Positions 1 to 12,549 of a DNA stretch of 64,000 nt are shown one piece after another. Position numbers and translations under genes: made by a program. Below the pieces are notes generated by a model, which ran no database searches, was not told where the DNA came from, and was given only the letters and a program-made list of their open reading frames with translations. Origin of the DNA: Felis catus (lineage: Eukaryota). The first letter of the stretch is position 1; every line of letters begins with the position of its first letter. The DNA lies in contig NC_058368.1 in NCBI RefSeq assembly GCF_018350175.1, forward strand, positions 33,110,001 through 33,174,000, written 5' to 3'.

Positions 1-339
1 GAGAGAAGAAAGCTGAAATCAGAAAGGCACAGACACCACTACTGTCATCATTTTCACTTAATCCTGATTCACTGTACTTCTGCAAAAAATATTTCCAAAT
101 ATCACCAATTTTTTTGACAACATCAAATAAGTAAATTAAGTTGTATAGGACCTAACATCTCATCAGCTGCTGTATCTCCTTCTGTGTGCCGTTTATTCTT
201 TAACTGACTCTTAATCAAATATTCGCATTCTGTATTCTAAAGAATACATTAAAAGTTATTTACTATTGCCTTACAATTTCAGCCAAGATTTTAGAATAGC
301 AAGAATTTACCCTTCTTCCTAAAATAATAAAAACAAAAT

Positions 340-2810
340 AAAACCAAAAACATACAAAATATAGGAAACAGTTTTCAAACTGGATATCCAGAAACAAGGG
401 ACAGTAATCCCTGAAAAAAAGAGATATAAATTAAAAAGCTGAACCCTACAACTGTTCCAGCTTACTGTCTTGAAGGAGTTTTCAGGTTGTTGGGAATATG
501 ATGAACTTGGCAGACTCCCTGCATTGAGGAGTCTGAGCTGAGAGTCCAAGAAGAGTGAGGAAACAAAAGTCCATAGAATAGTCTATCAGAGAGGAGGTAG
601 CTAGACAGCACCCCAAACATATGATAGGGTCCCAGTCAAGTATTGAATTAGTTCCAACATTCATATGAGGAAACTATTCAAGGTGTGTTGGTCAGTCACA
701 AAGAGAAGTGAGTCCCCTTTGAAGGGTCTTTAAGGATTACTCTAACATGGTAAGGGAAATTATACTCAGGAATATGAAATGAAAGTACTTAATATACCCA
801 CAGGTCCTAAAAAGGAAGGCATAACATTCCCAGAGGGCCACACAAAGTCACCCAAAAGCCTGGATAAAGTTTGGCTATGGCAGGCAAGGAAAGAGCAGAA
901 CAAGAACCTGTGGGCAAATGCTTTTATTGAGAGCAATGGATGTGGTAGGTGGTGTTTCACAGAAGACATTCCTACTGGGTAATTTAAATGTAACTGTATC
1001 AACATGGAAAGGAAGGAGGAGTAAAATGGGGATGTCATCACTGACATTTGGGGAGACTTTCTGGCAACAGATAGCCGCTTTACATTGCACAAAGAGAAAA
1101 ACTCCATCTAACTGAGTTGTAAGTAACAATTTTTGGCACTTGACAGGCCTGGACACAATGCCTATCCCATAGACGGTAACGACAACAACAAAAGCATTAA
1201 TTTACATGATGTTGAGTACTTTGTACAGTCTTGCTTCAGTAGTATAGAATAATTAACCCAAGACTGAGCACCAATTATACTCAGCTAATCATAAAAGCAA
1301 AACATGAAGGCATCACATTCTTTTCAATAATTTATTTTAGTGTTTAAGAAAAAAACTTACCTAAATAGAAAATACCCAGCCCTCAACTAGGTAAATATAT
1401 ATAGTGTACAGCAGCTAATTAAAGATTACTTGGCTTGTGTGGGGAAAAAATTAGCCATAACAGAGTAAGCAGTCAATAGAAATAGACTCATAACAGACAC
1501 GCATGTTGGAATTAATAGGTAGGGACATTAAAATACTATAATTGCATTCAGTATGTTCAAAAAGGTAAGTAGAGATCTGAAGATATAAAAAAGACGAGAA
1601 ACCATCTTCCAGTGATAAATCTACAATACTGAGAAAAAAAATACAACAGATTAGATATTGCAGAAGAAATGATTAATAGGTCTGATGTTAGAAGACAAAC
1701 TATCCACAGTGAAACACAAAGATAAAAGAGAATTGAATAAATGAAAAGAACTTCAGTAACCTTCAGGGCAACTTTATGTGGCCTAACTCACAGATAATTA
1801 GAGTCTCTGAGGTACAAAAGAGAGAAGGGAAACAGAAATATTTGAACATGTAACAGCCAAAAATGTCCCATCTTGATGAAAGTTATAAATCCATAGATCC
1901 AGAAAACCACAACCAACTCAAAGCACAAGCAACAAAAAGATAATGACAACTCATATCAGAATTAGATTGCTCAAAATTCAGTTATAATAATAAAATTTTA
2001 AAAACAGCCAGACAGGAGAAAAAATAGACATGTCACAGAGGAATGAATGTAAGAATGACATTAAATTTCTTCTTGGAGGCTATATAAATACAGAACAACA
2101 TCTTTAAAACACTGAGAGATTTAAAATTTAGTAAATTAGTGTCTATAGTATTCTATACCCAGCAAATATATCTTTTAAAAGCAAAGCTAATAAAAATACT
2201 TTTAGAGCTACAAAAGCTGGGAAAAAACATACTACCAGCTGACTTTCTGTATAAGAAATGTTAAAGGAAGTCTTTTTGGCAAAAGAGAAATGATACCATA
2301 TGAATGTCTGTCTCTGCATAATGGAATGAAGAATACCAGAAATGTCAACTATGAGAGTAAATATACAGTTATTTTCTTATTTTTTTTTAAGTTTATTTTG
2401 TGAGAGACCAAGATGGGGGAGGGGCAGACAGAGAGGATCCAAAGTGGGCTCTGCACTGACAGACTGACAGCAGCAAATCGATGCCCGGCTTGAATTTGGG
2501 AACCATGAGATCATGACCTGAGCCAAAGTCAGATGCTTAACCAACTGTGTGATCCAGTTGTCTTATTTTTATAAATTATTTTCAAGTGGTAATTGACTCT
2601 TTGAAGCAAAATAGCAATGCAATCTGAGGCTTATATCATATGTAAAAGCAAAGTACTATAGCAATAATATAAAGGTTAGAAGAAATTAAATGACAGTAAA
2701 CTTTCACAACTATCTTATACTATAAATGAAGTAAATTAATATCACTTTAAGGTAGAATGTAATAAGTTAAAGATTCATCTTCTAAACCTTTAGTAAATGT
2801 CTAAAATTAA
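340..2810 (+). mobile_element. Ancient L1 (L1M-type) 5'UTR and ORF1-region relic, interrupted by a SINE
   Basis: A-rich degenerate ORF1-like sequence (e.g. 'agaaatgttaaaggaagtc' at ~2254) homologous to the minus-strand relic at 9940-12530; no intact ORF; boundaries approximate. Confidence 0.6.
2380..2560 (-). mobile_element. CanSINE (SINEC_Fc-type, older/diverged)
   Basis: Reverse-strand SINE body 'gagatcatgacctgagccaaagtcagatgcttaacc', T-rich tail on the left, flanking 'tcttattttt' repeat. Confidence 0.85.
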
Positions 2811-3437
2811 AAAAGAAAGCACTAGATTCATCCAAAATACGGACTAGTGTCTGGGCAAAGTTTTAGTGATGGCTCCTGTCCCTCTGCCGTGCTTTCCCAT
2901 CAGTGACCTCGTGCTACAGACAGTTGTTTTGGCATTTCTCTTGCAGATTAAAGCTTTTGTTCAATGGGAAAGATATGGAGAATGTATATCGGAGAAAAAT
3001 TTGAGGAAATAGGTCTGAAAGGGACCTTGCGCAATGGCTGTTTTTTCCTCCTTCAGCCAGCACTGGGAGAAGGGTCTTAGGATTATCCTTAATATTTCCT
3101 GTGACTATAGGATAAATTTGTTGGAGAAACCTGCCAGAGAGTGCAAATTCCACTATCCACTAGAAATTCCAAAATCTAGTGACTAGATTTTTCACACTGT
3201 TATGCTAGTCCATTAATGGTCTGAAGCAATTTGTTAAGAATTTCTGACTCCTTTCAAAAACTGATATGCCTTTCAGCGGTATCTGCTTCAAATAAGCAAA
3301 TTCTCAGGTTCTGTTTCTCACTGCAGACGATAGTGTCTCTCTACATAATGTGCCTGTGATCTTCAAGATGCATTCAAGAATATTCAAAAATATCTTAATA
3401 TTTTTTAAGATTTTGAACAATGGTCTGGGGAAGGAGC

Positions 3438-3448
3438 CAAGATGGTGG
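3438..3448 (+). promoter_or_regulatory. YY1-like site at the start of the L1 internal promoter (CpG-decayed)
   Basis: CAAGATGGTGG about 10 nt inside the L1 5' end, where mammalian L1s carry CAAGATGGCG; function not shown. Confidence 0.6.
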
Positions 3449-4517
3449 AAGAGTATGAAAATTTTTTGTGTGTCTCGTGTCCATGAAATACAGCCAGACT
3501 AATACTAAACCATCCTGCATACCTAGAAAAGTGATTGGAGGATTAACACAATAATCTGCACAAACTGAACCACAGAATTCAGTAGGTGCACGGTGTGGAG
3601 AGGTGAACTGCGGGAGAGAAAAGCTGTGGAGGGCAGGGAGCCGCTTTTGCGTGCAGAGAGAGGATGGAGATGGTGGGGAGGATACAGGAAAAGCACCCCT
3701 CCCCAAAAGCAGCTGGAGAGAAAGTGGAAAATTGGAAACAGCCACAGGGACTGAACTAAAAAGGAGAGAGGATAAAGGAGAGGGTTTAAATTCCATTAAG
3801 ACTGTAAACAAGGGGAGTGCAGAGTCTGAAACTCTGCAGCTCAATACCTGGGAGTGCTCTGGTGGGAAGGGCAAATTCCCAGGAGCAGAGTGGGGTCCAG
3901 GAGGTTCTTGGGCCACACAGGGAGAAGCAGTCCCACTGCTGGAAGAACATTCAGTAAAGGCTGTGAGGCCACCTGGGCTCAGCAAACCCCAGAGAACGGC
4001 CACATTAGCTGCTGCTGGAACAAGGGCATTGGGGGTGAAGCCTGGTGCCAGATGTGTGTTGTGATTTTTCCATAATCCCTGAGGCACTGCTGCTACACTG
4101 TCTCGCAAACTTTTTCTAGAGCAAGTTGGCACCTGGCCACAGTCTCTGGGCATTGGCAGCAGCACGGTCTGCAGGCATTCCTCAGTGTGGGCAGCACCTA
4201 GCCATTGCTCGGTGAGACCCTCTGCAGAGGGGTGGAGCAGGTCAAAGCTGCAGTCCCTCAGAAGTGGGGGCCCAGGGAAGGCAGCTGCATCTGAGACAAA
4301 ACTCAGGAGGGAGGTGCTCCCTGGGGCTGGATCATGGACAGTGTGGAAACAGGGAGTGGACTGAAGCTGAAGACAAAGCATGGATGCACTACTTCTGATT
4401 GGGGAGAACCGAGTTCCAATACTAGAAACTGGGTAGCTGGGTGATGGCATTTTCACCGCTCCTGTGCATGCACATACACATCTACAAGAGCCACAACAAT
4501 CCACCCCAGTAGGCTAG

Positions 4518-4533
4518 CAGCGCCATCTAGTGG
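4518..4533 (-). promoter_or_regulatory. CTCF-like motif in the L1 5'UTR
   Basis: Plus strand cagcgccatctagtgg = minus strand CCACTAGATGGCGCTG, matching the CTCF core CCASYAGRKGGCRS. Confidence 0.5.
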
Positions 4534-5123
4534 AGAATGGAGCCGTTACACTAAGCCCCACCCAACTGGGCCAACCCCATTCTTCAAGAACACAAGTCCC
4601 ACTCCTGCTTTGTTTATGGACTGTAAAGCGCTTCATAGTTTGACTTCTAGGGGAAAATGAAATAATTTCAGTCGTGCTTCAATCTGTTAGCCGGTACAAC
4701 TATTTAATTTTCTTTCTTTATTTTTCCTCTTTTTCATTTCTTTTCTTTCTCTTGAATACAGAAAAATAAAAAAACTCATTTTTATTTTCAATTTTTATTA
4801 AAAATATTTTTCTTTAATTTTTTTTCTATATTTTTGCTTTCTGTAACTTTTTTTCAAATTCTATTTTACTTCCATCATTTCATTTTAGTCTACTTCAGTG
4901 AATTTATTTTTTCAAATTTTCAAACAATTTCCTTTTTTTATTTTGTTTCTTTTTCCCCCTTTTGTCTTTAATCTATCAAGCCACTTTCAACACCCAGACC
5001 AAAACACACAAGGACCTAGCATCATTTATTCAATTGTGTGTGTGTGCTTGTTTTTAATTTTTTAATTTTAATATTTTTTAATTTTAATTTTTTCTACATC
5101 ATTAATTCCTTTTCTCCCTTTAA

Positions 5124-6006
5124 ATGACAAAACGAAGAAATTAACCCCAAAAGAAAGAGCAGGAAGGAATGACAGCCAGGGACTTAACCAACACAGAGAC
5201 AAGCAAGATGTCTGAACCAGAATTTGGAATCATGATAACAAGAATACTAGCTGGAGTCGAAAATAGATTAGAATCCCTTTCTGTAGAGATAAAAGAAGTA
5301 AAAGCTAGTCAGGATGAAATAAAAAATGCTATAACTGAGCTGCAATCTCAAATTGATGTCTTGGTAGCAAGGATGGATGAGGCAGAACAGAGACTCAGCG
5401 ATATAGAGGACAAACTTATGGAGAATAATGAAGCAGAAAAAAAGAGGGAGATGCAGAAGAGCATGATTTAAGAATTAGAGAAATCAGTGACTCATTAAAA
5501 AGGAACAACAGCAGAATCATAGGGGTCCCAGAAAAGGAAGAGACAGAAATAGCAGTAGCAGGGTTATGTGAGCAAATCATAGCAGGAAACTTTCCTAATC
5601 TGGGGAAAGACACAGACATAAAAATCCAGGAAGCACAGAGAACCCCCATTAGATTCCACAAAAACCGACCATCAACAAGGCATATCATAGTCAAATTCAC
5701 AAAATACTCAGGCAAGAAGAGAATCATGAAAGCAGAAAGGGAAAAGAAAAAAGTACTTAACTTACAAGGGAGGACAGATCAGGTTCAGAGCAGACCTATC
5801 CACAGAAACTTGGCAGGCCAGAAAGGAGTGGCAAGATATATTCAATGTGCTGAATCAGAAAAAATATGCAGCCAAGAGTTCTTTATCCAGCAAAGCTGTC
5901 ATTCAAAATAGAAGGAGAAATAAAAAGTTTCCCAGACAAACAAAAATTAAAGGAGTTTGTGACCACTAGACCAGCCCTGCAAGAATATTTAACAGGGACT
6001 TTCTGA
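5124..6006 (+). pseudogene. L1 ORF1p pseudogene (coiled-coil/RRM/CTD RNA chaperone)
   Basis: ATG at 5124 followed by TAA at 5142-5144; track ORF 5169-5471 encodes a coiled coil (EIKNAITELQSQ..RMDEAEQRLSDIEDK); frameshifted RIIGVPE, NFPNL and IKSFPDKQKLKEF motifs downstream. Confidence 0.93.
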
Positions 6007-6086
6007 GGGGATAAAAGATGAAATATATATTTTTCCCTCTTTTTCATTTCTTTTCTTTCTTTGACACACACACACATATATGTGAG

Positions 6087-9000
6087 AGCATCCAAATATA
6101 TACATCAATTAATCACAAACATAAAATCATTGATAGTAATACCATAATAGTAGGAGACATCAACACCCCACTCACAGTAATGGACAGATCATCTAATCAA
6201 AAAATCAACAAGAAAACAATGGCTTTGAATGACACACTGGATCAGATGGACTTCACAGATATATTCAGAACATTTCATCCTAAAACAGCAGAATACACAT
6301 TCTTCTCAAGTGCACATAGAACGTTCTCCAGAACAGACCATACACTGGGACTCAAATCAGCCCTAGTAAGTACAAAAAGATCGAGATAATACCATGTGCA
6401 TTTTCAGACCACAACGCTGTGAAACTCGAAATCAGCCACAAGAAAAAATTTGGAAAGGTAACCAATACTTGGAGACTGAAGAACATCCTACTAAAGAATG
6501 AATGTGCCAACTAAGAAGTTAAAGAGGACATTAAAAGGTATATGGAAGCCAATGAAAATGATAACACCACAACCCAAAACCTCTGGGATGCAGCAAAGGT
6601 GGTCATAAGAGGAAAGTAGATAGCAATCCAGGCCTTCCTAAAGAAGGAAGAAAGATCTCAGATACACAATCTAATCTTACGCCTTATGGGGCTGGGAAAA
6701 AAAAAACAGCAAATGAAACCCAAAACCAGAAGAAGACAGGAAATAATAAAGAGTAGATCAGAAATTAATATTATTGAAACCAAAAAAACAGAACAGATCA
6801 ATGAAACCAGAAGCTGGTTCTTTGAAAGAATTAACAAAATTGATATACCACTAGCCTGTTTGATCAAGAAGAAAAAGGAAAGGACCCAAATAAATAAAAT
6901 CAAGAATGAAAGAGGAGAGATCACAACCAACACAGCAGAAATAAAAACAATAATAAGAGAAGATTATGAGAAATTATATGCCAATAAAATTGGCAATCTG
7001 GAAGAAATGGACAAGTTCCTAGAAACATATACACTACCAAAACTGAAACAGGAAGAAATAGAAAACTTCAACAGACCCATAACCATTAAGGAAATTGAAT
7101 TTGTAATCAAAGATCTGCCAAAAAACAAGAGTCCAGGGCCAGATGGCTTTCCAGGGGAATTCTACCAAACATTTAAGGAAGAGTTAACACCTATTCTCAT
7201 GAAGCTGTTCCAAAAAATAGAAATGGAAGGAAAACTTCCAAACTCTTGCTATGAAGCCAGCATTAATTTGATTCCAAAACCAGACAGAGACTCCACTAAA
7301 AAGGAGAACTATACACCAATTTCCCTGATTAACATGGAGGCAAAAATCCTCAACAAGGTATTAGCTAACCGGCTCCAACAATACATTAAAAAAATATTCA
7401 CAACCAAGTGGGATTTATACCTGGGATGCAGGGCTGGTTCAATATCTGCAAAACAATTAATGTGATTCATCACATCAATAAAAGAAAGGACAAAACCATA
7501 TGATCCTCTCAATAGATGCAGAGAAACCATTTGACAAAATACAGCATCCTTTCTTGATAAAAACTCTCAAGAAAGTGGGGATAGAAGGAGCATACCTCAA
7601 GATCAGAAAAGCCATATATGAACAACCCAACCATAATATCACCCTCAATGGGGAAAAACTGAGAGCTTTCCCCCAAAGGTCCTGAGGAACAAGACAGGGA
7701 TGTCCACTCTCACCACTGTTATTCAACATAGTATTGGAAGTCTTAGCCTCTGCAATCTGACAACACAAAGAAATAAAAGGCATCCAAATCAGCCAAGAGG
7801 AGGTCAAACTTTCACTCTTTACAGAAGACTTGATACTCTATATGGAAAACCCAAAAGATTCCACCAAAAAACTGCTAGAATTGATTCATGAATTGGGCAA
7901 TGTTGCAGGATGTAAAATCAACACAAATCGGTTGCGTTCCTATTCACCAACAATGAAGCAACAGAAAGACAAATCAAGGAATCAATCCCATTTACAATTG
8001 CACCATAAACCACAAAATACCTAGGAATAAATCTAACCAAAGAGGTGAAAAATCTATACACTGAAAACTATATAAAGCTTATGAAAGAAATAGAAGAAGA
8101 CAGACACAAAAAAAATGGAAAAAGATTCCGTGCTCCTGGATAGGAAGAACAAATATTGTTAAAATATCGATACTACCCAAAGCAATCTACATATTCAGTG
8201 CAATCTCTATCGAAATAACACCAGCATTCTTCACAGAGCTAGAACAAATCATCCTAAAATTTGTATGGAAACAGAAAAGACCCCGAATAGCCAAAGCGAT
8301 CTTGAAAAAGAAAACCAAAGCAGGAGGCATCACAATCCCAGATTTCAAGCTATACTACAAAGCTGTAATCATTAAGACAGTATGGTACTGGCACAAAATC
8401 AGACACATAGAACCATAGAATAGAATGGAATGGAATGGAATGGAATGGAATGGAATGGAATAGAATAGAATAGAATAGAATAGAATAGAATAGAATAGAA
8501 TAGAATAGAGAACCCAGAAATGGACCCAGAAATGTATGGCCAACTAATCTTTGACAAAGAAGCAATATCCAGTGGAATGAAGACAGTCTCTTCAGCAAGT
8601 AGTGTTGGAAAAACTGGACAGAGACATGCAGAAGAATGAACCATGCAGAAGAAAGTGGTCCACACTTTCTTACACCATGCATGAAAATAAACTCAAAATG
8701 GATGAAAGACCTCAATGTAAGACAGGGAGCCATCAAAATCCTCAAGGAGAAAGCAGGCACAAACCTCTCTGTTCTTGCCCATAGCAACTTCTTACTCAAC
8801 ACATCTCCAGAGGCAAGGGAAACAAAAGCAAAAATGAATTACTGGGACCTCATCAAAATAAAAAGCTTCTGTACAGTGAAGGAAGCAATCAGCAAAACTA
8901 AAAGGCAACCCACAGAATGGGAGAAGATATTTGCAAGTGACTTTTCAGATAAAGGACTAGTATCCAAAATCTATAACTTATGAAACTCAACACCCAAAAA

Positions 9001-9610
9001 ACAAAGAATCCCGTGAAGAAATTGGCAAAAGACATGAATGGACACTTCTCCAAAGAAGACCCAGATGCCCAACCGACACATGAAAAAATGCTCAACATCA
9101 CTCATCATCAGGGAAATACAAATCAAAACCACAATGAGATACCACCTCACACCTGTCAGAATGGCTAACATTAACAACTCAGGCAACAACAGATGTTGGC
9201 GAGGATGTGGAGAAAGAGGATCTCTTCTGTGCTGCTGGTAGGAGTGCAAACTGGTGCAGCCACTCTGGAAAACAATATGGAAGTTCCTCAAAAAACTGAA
9301 AATAGAACTACCCTAAGACCCAGCTATTGCACTACTAGGCATTTATCCACAGAATACAGGTGTACTGTTTCAAAGGGACACATGTACCCCCATGTTTATA
9401 GCAGCACTATCAACAATATCCAAAGTATGGGAAGAGCCCAAATGTCCATCGATGGATGAATGGATAAAGAAGATGTGGTATATGTGTACATGGAGTATTA
9501 CTAGGCAATCAAAAAGAATGAAATCTTGCCATTTGCAACTATGTGGATGGAACTGGAGGGTATTATGCTAAGCAAAATTATTCAGTCAGAGAAAGACAAA
9601 TATCATATGA
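6087..9610 (+). pseudogene. L1 ORF2p pseudogene (EN/RT/C-domain), N-terminus deleted, multiple stops and frameshifts
   Basis: IIVGDINTPL (EN), [36 protein letters not shown] catalytic FADD altered to FTED at 7818-7829, CWRGCGE zinc knuckle near 9194. Confidence 0.95.
8416..8505 (+). repeat. Compound pentanucleotide microsatellite (TAGAA)2(TGGAA)7(TAGAA)9 inside L1 ORF2
   Basis: Read directly from the sequence. Confidence 0.97.
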
Positions 9611-9939
9611 AGACTTTAAGAGACAAAACAGATGAACATAAGGGAAGGGAAACAAAAATAATATAAAAACAGTGAGAGGGACAAAACGTAAGAGATTCTT
9701 AAATAGAACAAACAGAGGGTTACTGGAGGGGTTGTGGGAGGGGGGATGGGCTAAATGGGTAATGGGTATTAAGGAATCTACTCCTGAAATCATTGTTGCA
9801 CTATATGCTAACTAATTTGGATGTAAAATTTAAAAAATAAATAGAAATGAAAAAAGATTTTGAACAATGTTCTTTCTAGTTCTCTACATCTCTGAGCTGA
9901 GGGCAGAATTTGCTTCATGACCTTTTAAGTTCCATTTTC

Positions 9940-12530
9940 AGGGGTATACATATTTAGTGTTATGTTTTATCATAAAACTATTTTCTTTATCATTATTAAT
10001 ATTTGTTATGATTTTAAGTCTAACTTATCTGATAACAACATAGTTACTCTAGATTTCTGAATATTGTTTCCAATATATAATTTCCATCATCCTTTACTGT
10101 TAATTATGTATATATGTTTAAGGTGAATTTCTTATAGACAAAATATACTTGAGTCTTGTCTCTGTTATACAGACTTGACAATCTCTGCCTTAATTGGTAT
10201 CTTTAGACTGCTCTCATTTAATATGGTCATTGACATTGTTGGTGGTAAAATCTATCATCTTTCTGTTTTCTATTCATTAATTTTTCTCCGTTGTACTGTT
10301 ATATTTATAATTTTATGATTTTATTTCCTTATTGGTCTATTAATATTTTTATTAAAATTTAATAGCTGTCTTGGGCTTAATTATACATTATAGTTAATAA
10401 TCTACTTTCAAGTAATTTTAAACAGCTTCATATATATTCTAAAGATCTGACTCAAATTCTAGTCTAGACTCAATTTCTTTATTTTGTACTTTGTACTTTT
10501 GCTGTTATAAACTATAATTTAACATATGTTCAAACCACACTATATCATTACTGTGTTTGCTTAGGACAGTAAGTTTTCTTTTAGAGAAATGAAAATATGG
10601 ATTAAAAAAGTCATCTTTTTTTCTATTTCTAGTGCTCATTTCTTTGTGTAAATCACGCATTTTCTCCATTATTATATTTATCTCTTTGTCCTTTAACATT
10701 TCTTGTTGTGCTCTGATCTGTTGACAGTGAATTGTTTTTGGTATATGTTGTCCCTTGTTTGTTTTTGCCATTATTGGTCACAGACATTATTTGTGCATTT
10801 TTGAAAGATATTTTTGCAAGAATTCTGAGGTGACAGTTTTCTTCTATAGCAGTTTATATATGGAATGACTTTACATATATCACTGCATTTTCTTTTGACT
10901 TGCATGGTTTATGATGAGAAGGCTACTTTTATCTAACCTTCATTCTTCTGTATGCACTAGGCCATGCTCCACTCCACCATGCCTGGTTTCATAGGTGTTT
11001 CACCCATACTTTGCAGTTTGTCATTAATTTTAGAATATTGTTTACTTTTCTATCTTATCTGTGATTATAGTTATAAGTCTATTAAACATTTTTATGTCAT
11101 TCCACAACTTGCAAATGTTTGTTCTTTATTTTTTAACTACATGCTTTTTTCTTTAGGTGTTTCAGCTTGGGTAATTTCTTTGGACTTATTTTCAAGGTCC
11201 CTGATCCTTTCCTCAGCTGTATTGAATCTAGTGATACTGTGTTTTTCATTCTGAGAATTTCCATTGAGTTGTTATCATGGTTTCTGTATCTTTGGTCCAA
11301 TGACCTATCTGATCATGCATGCTATCAACATTTTTTCATTTGTTTTTAACATATATATTTCAACATTTTAAATTCTCTCTCTGGTGATTCCAACATCTGG
11401 ATCATGTCTGAGTATGTTTCTCTTGATTTCACTGTTTCTTGGCAGTGACTTATTTTTTTCAATCACTCCATAATTTGGGGATAATAGCCAGAAATAGCAT
11501 ATAAGAGAATATCTTCTACCTATATGCTTTTGTGTAGATAAATATTTCTAAATGCCTGAAAATGAATAAATCCTTGACTTTAATAACAATGTTTTCATCA
11601 GTCTATCTAGAAGTTGAGCTCTGTGTGTTTTGCTATGGTTCACTTTATGGGACTTTATTTTTTTTATATATAAGACTATATGTTTAGTGTGGAGACTTGT
11701 TGAAAAAAAGATTGTCCTTAGCACTCCACCCTTAGCTTTGGGTCTAACATTTGCACTAAACCTTACAGAAGGATGTTCTTCTAACACCGTTCCACTGTAT
11801 ATTCTTACTCAAAACTTACCAGCTGATGGTGAGACAGAAATTGGGGTTGGGAGTGCTTTCTGTAGTTTTGATGAAACCTCAGTTTTAGGCAGGCAACTTG
11901 TCAGTAGATACCTGAATAGTGGCTTTTCAATGTCACTGTTTTTGCTCTCCCCCAGCGGTAGTTACATGTTCAACACATATTTTTGAACCCTCTGATTAGA
12001 CTTTTCTTTTTATTCCTTTGATAGCTGCAAAAAGATTTCCTCTGTACTCTAAGGATGACAGTATTTATTGTTCCTGTCTTTAGGAAGACTTTTTTTTTTT
12101 TAATAGGAGAAAAGATCTGGATGAGTTCTATGTCTTTCCTGCATTGTTTGTTTTTCTCATCTGTAAGATCTATACTATGATGGATGCTTTCTTAGGGCTC
12201 TTGTTAAGTGTGTGTGTGTGGGGGGGGGGTGGGTGTGTGTGTGGGTGTGTGCATACAAGTATATGAGCATGCACACGCATCATTTGGCCTTAACCTATTC
12301 ATTAACAATATTAGGTAAATTTTTCTCACTGGTGTCTGACTCATTTTGCCCAGTTAAGCAAGCATGTCTTATCTCCTCTCTCAGGCCCATTTTTTCTTTA
12401 GTTTTAGAATGGGTGACTTTCTCTGCCATTTATTGGGTTCAACAAAATCATGACTTTCTAACTTTTATCATGGTGGTTGTAAAGATGTGAGTGATGGTAT
12501 TCCCACCTTTCCACAGTCTAGGAAGTAATC
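9940..12530 (-). mobile_element. Ancient L1 (L1M-type) 5'UTR/ORF1/inter-ORF relic
   Basis: T-rich; 'cctttaacatttctt' at ~10690 is the reverse complement of the ORF1-end motif at ~2254; boundaries approximate. Confidence 0.6.
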
Positions 12531-12549
12531 AGAGTGCTGTCCTTGGTTT

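Larger units (their letters stand above)
3427..9853 (+). mobile_element. Full-length, inactivated carnivore/felid LINE-1
   Basis: 5' start 'ggggaaggagccaagatgg', GC-rich 5'UTR, ORF1 and ORF2 remnants, G-rich 3'UTR, AATAAA at 9836; TSD aagattttgaacaatg(g/t)tct at 3407-3426 and 9854-9873 at a TTTT|AA endonuclease-type site. Confidence 0.97.

Noticed and set aside
6686..7465. 259-aa ORF as an active reverse transcriptase or novel RT system
   Set aside because: It is a fragment of ordinary L1 ORF2. The element has stops, frameshifts, an EN deletion and FADD changed to FTED.
8416..8505. GAA-containing array as a heat-shock element or centromeric satellite
   Set aside because: The nGAAn units are head-to-tail rather than alternating in orientation, and the array is only 90 bp and derives from L1 sequence.
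8350..8802. ORFs with ILFYS/IPFHS repeats
   Set aside because: Antisense translations of the pentamer microsatellite within the L1.
340..12530. Opposed old L1 relics flanking the full-length L1 as a large inverted-repeat composite element
   Set aside because: The two relics are highly diverged from each other and look like independent ancient insertions; the central L1 has its own TSD.
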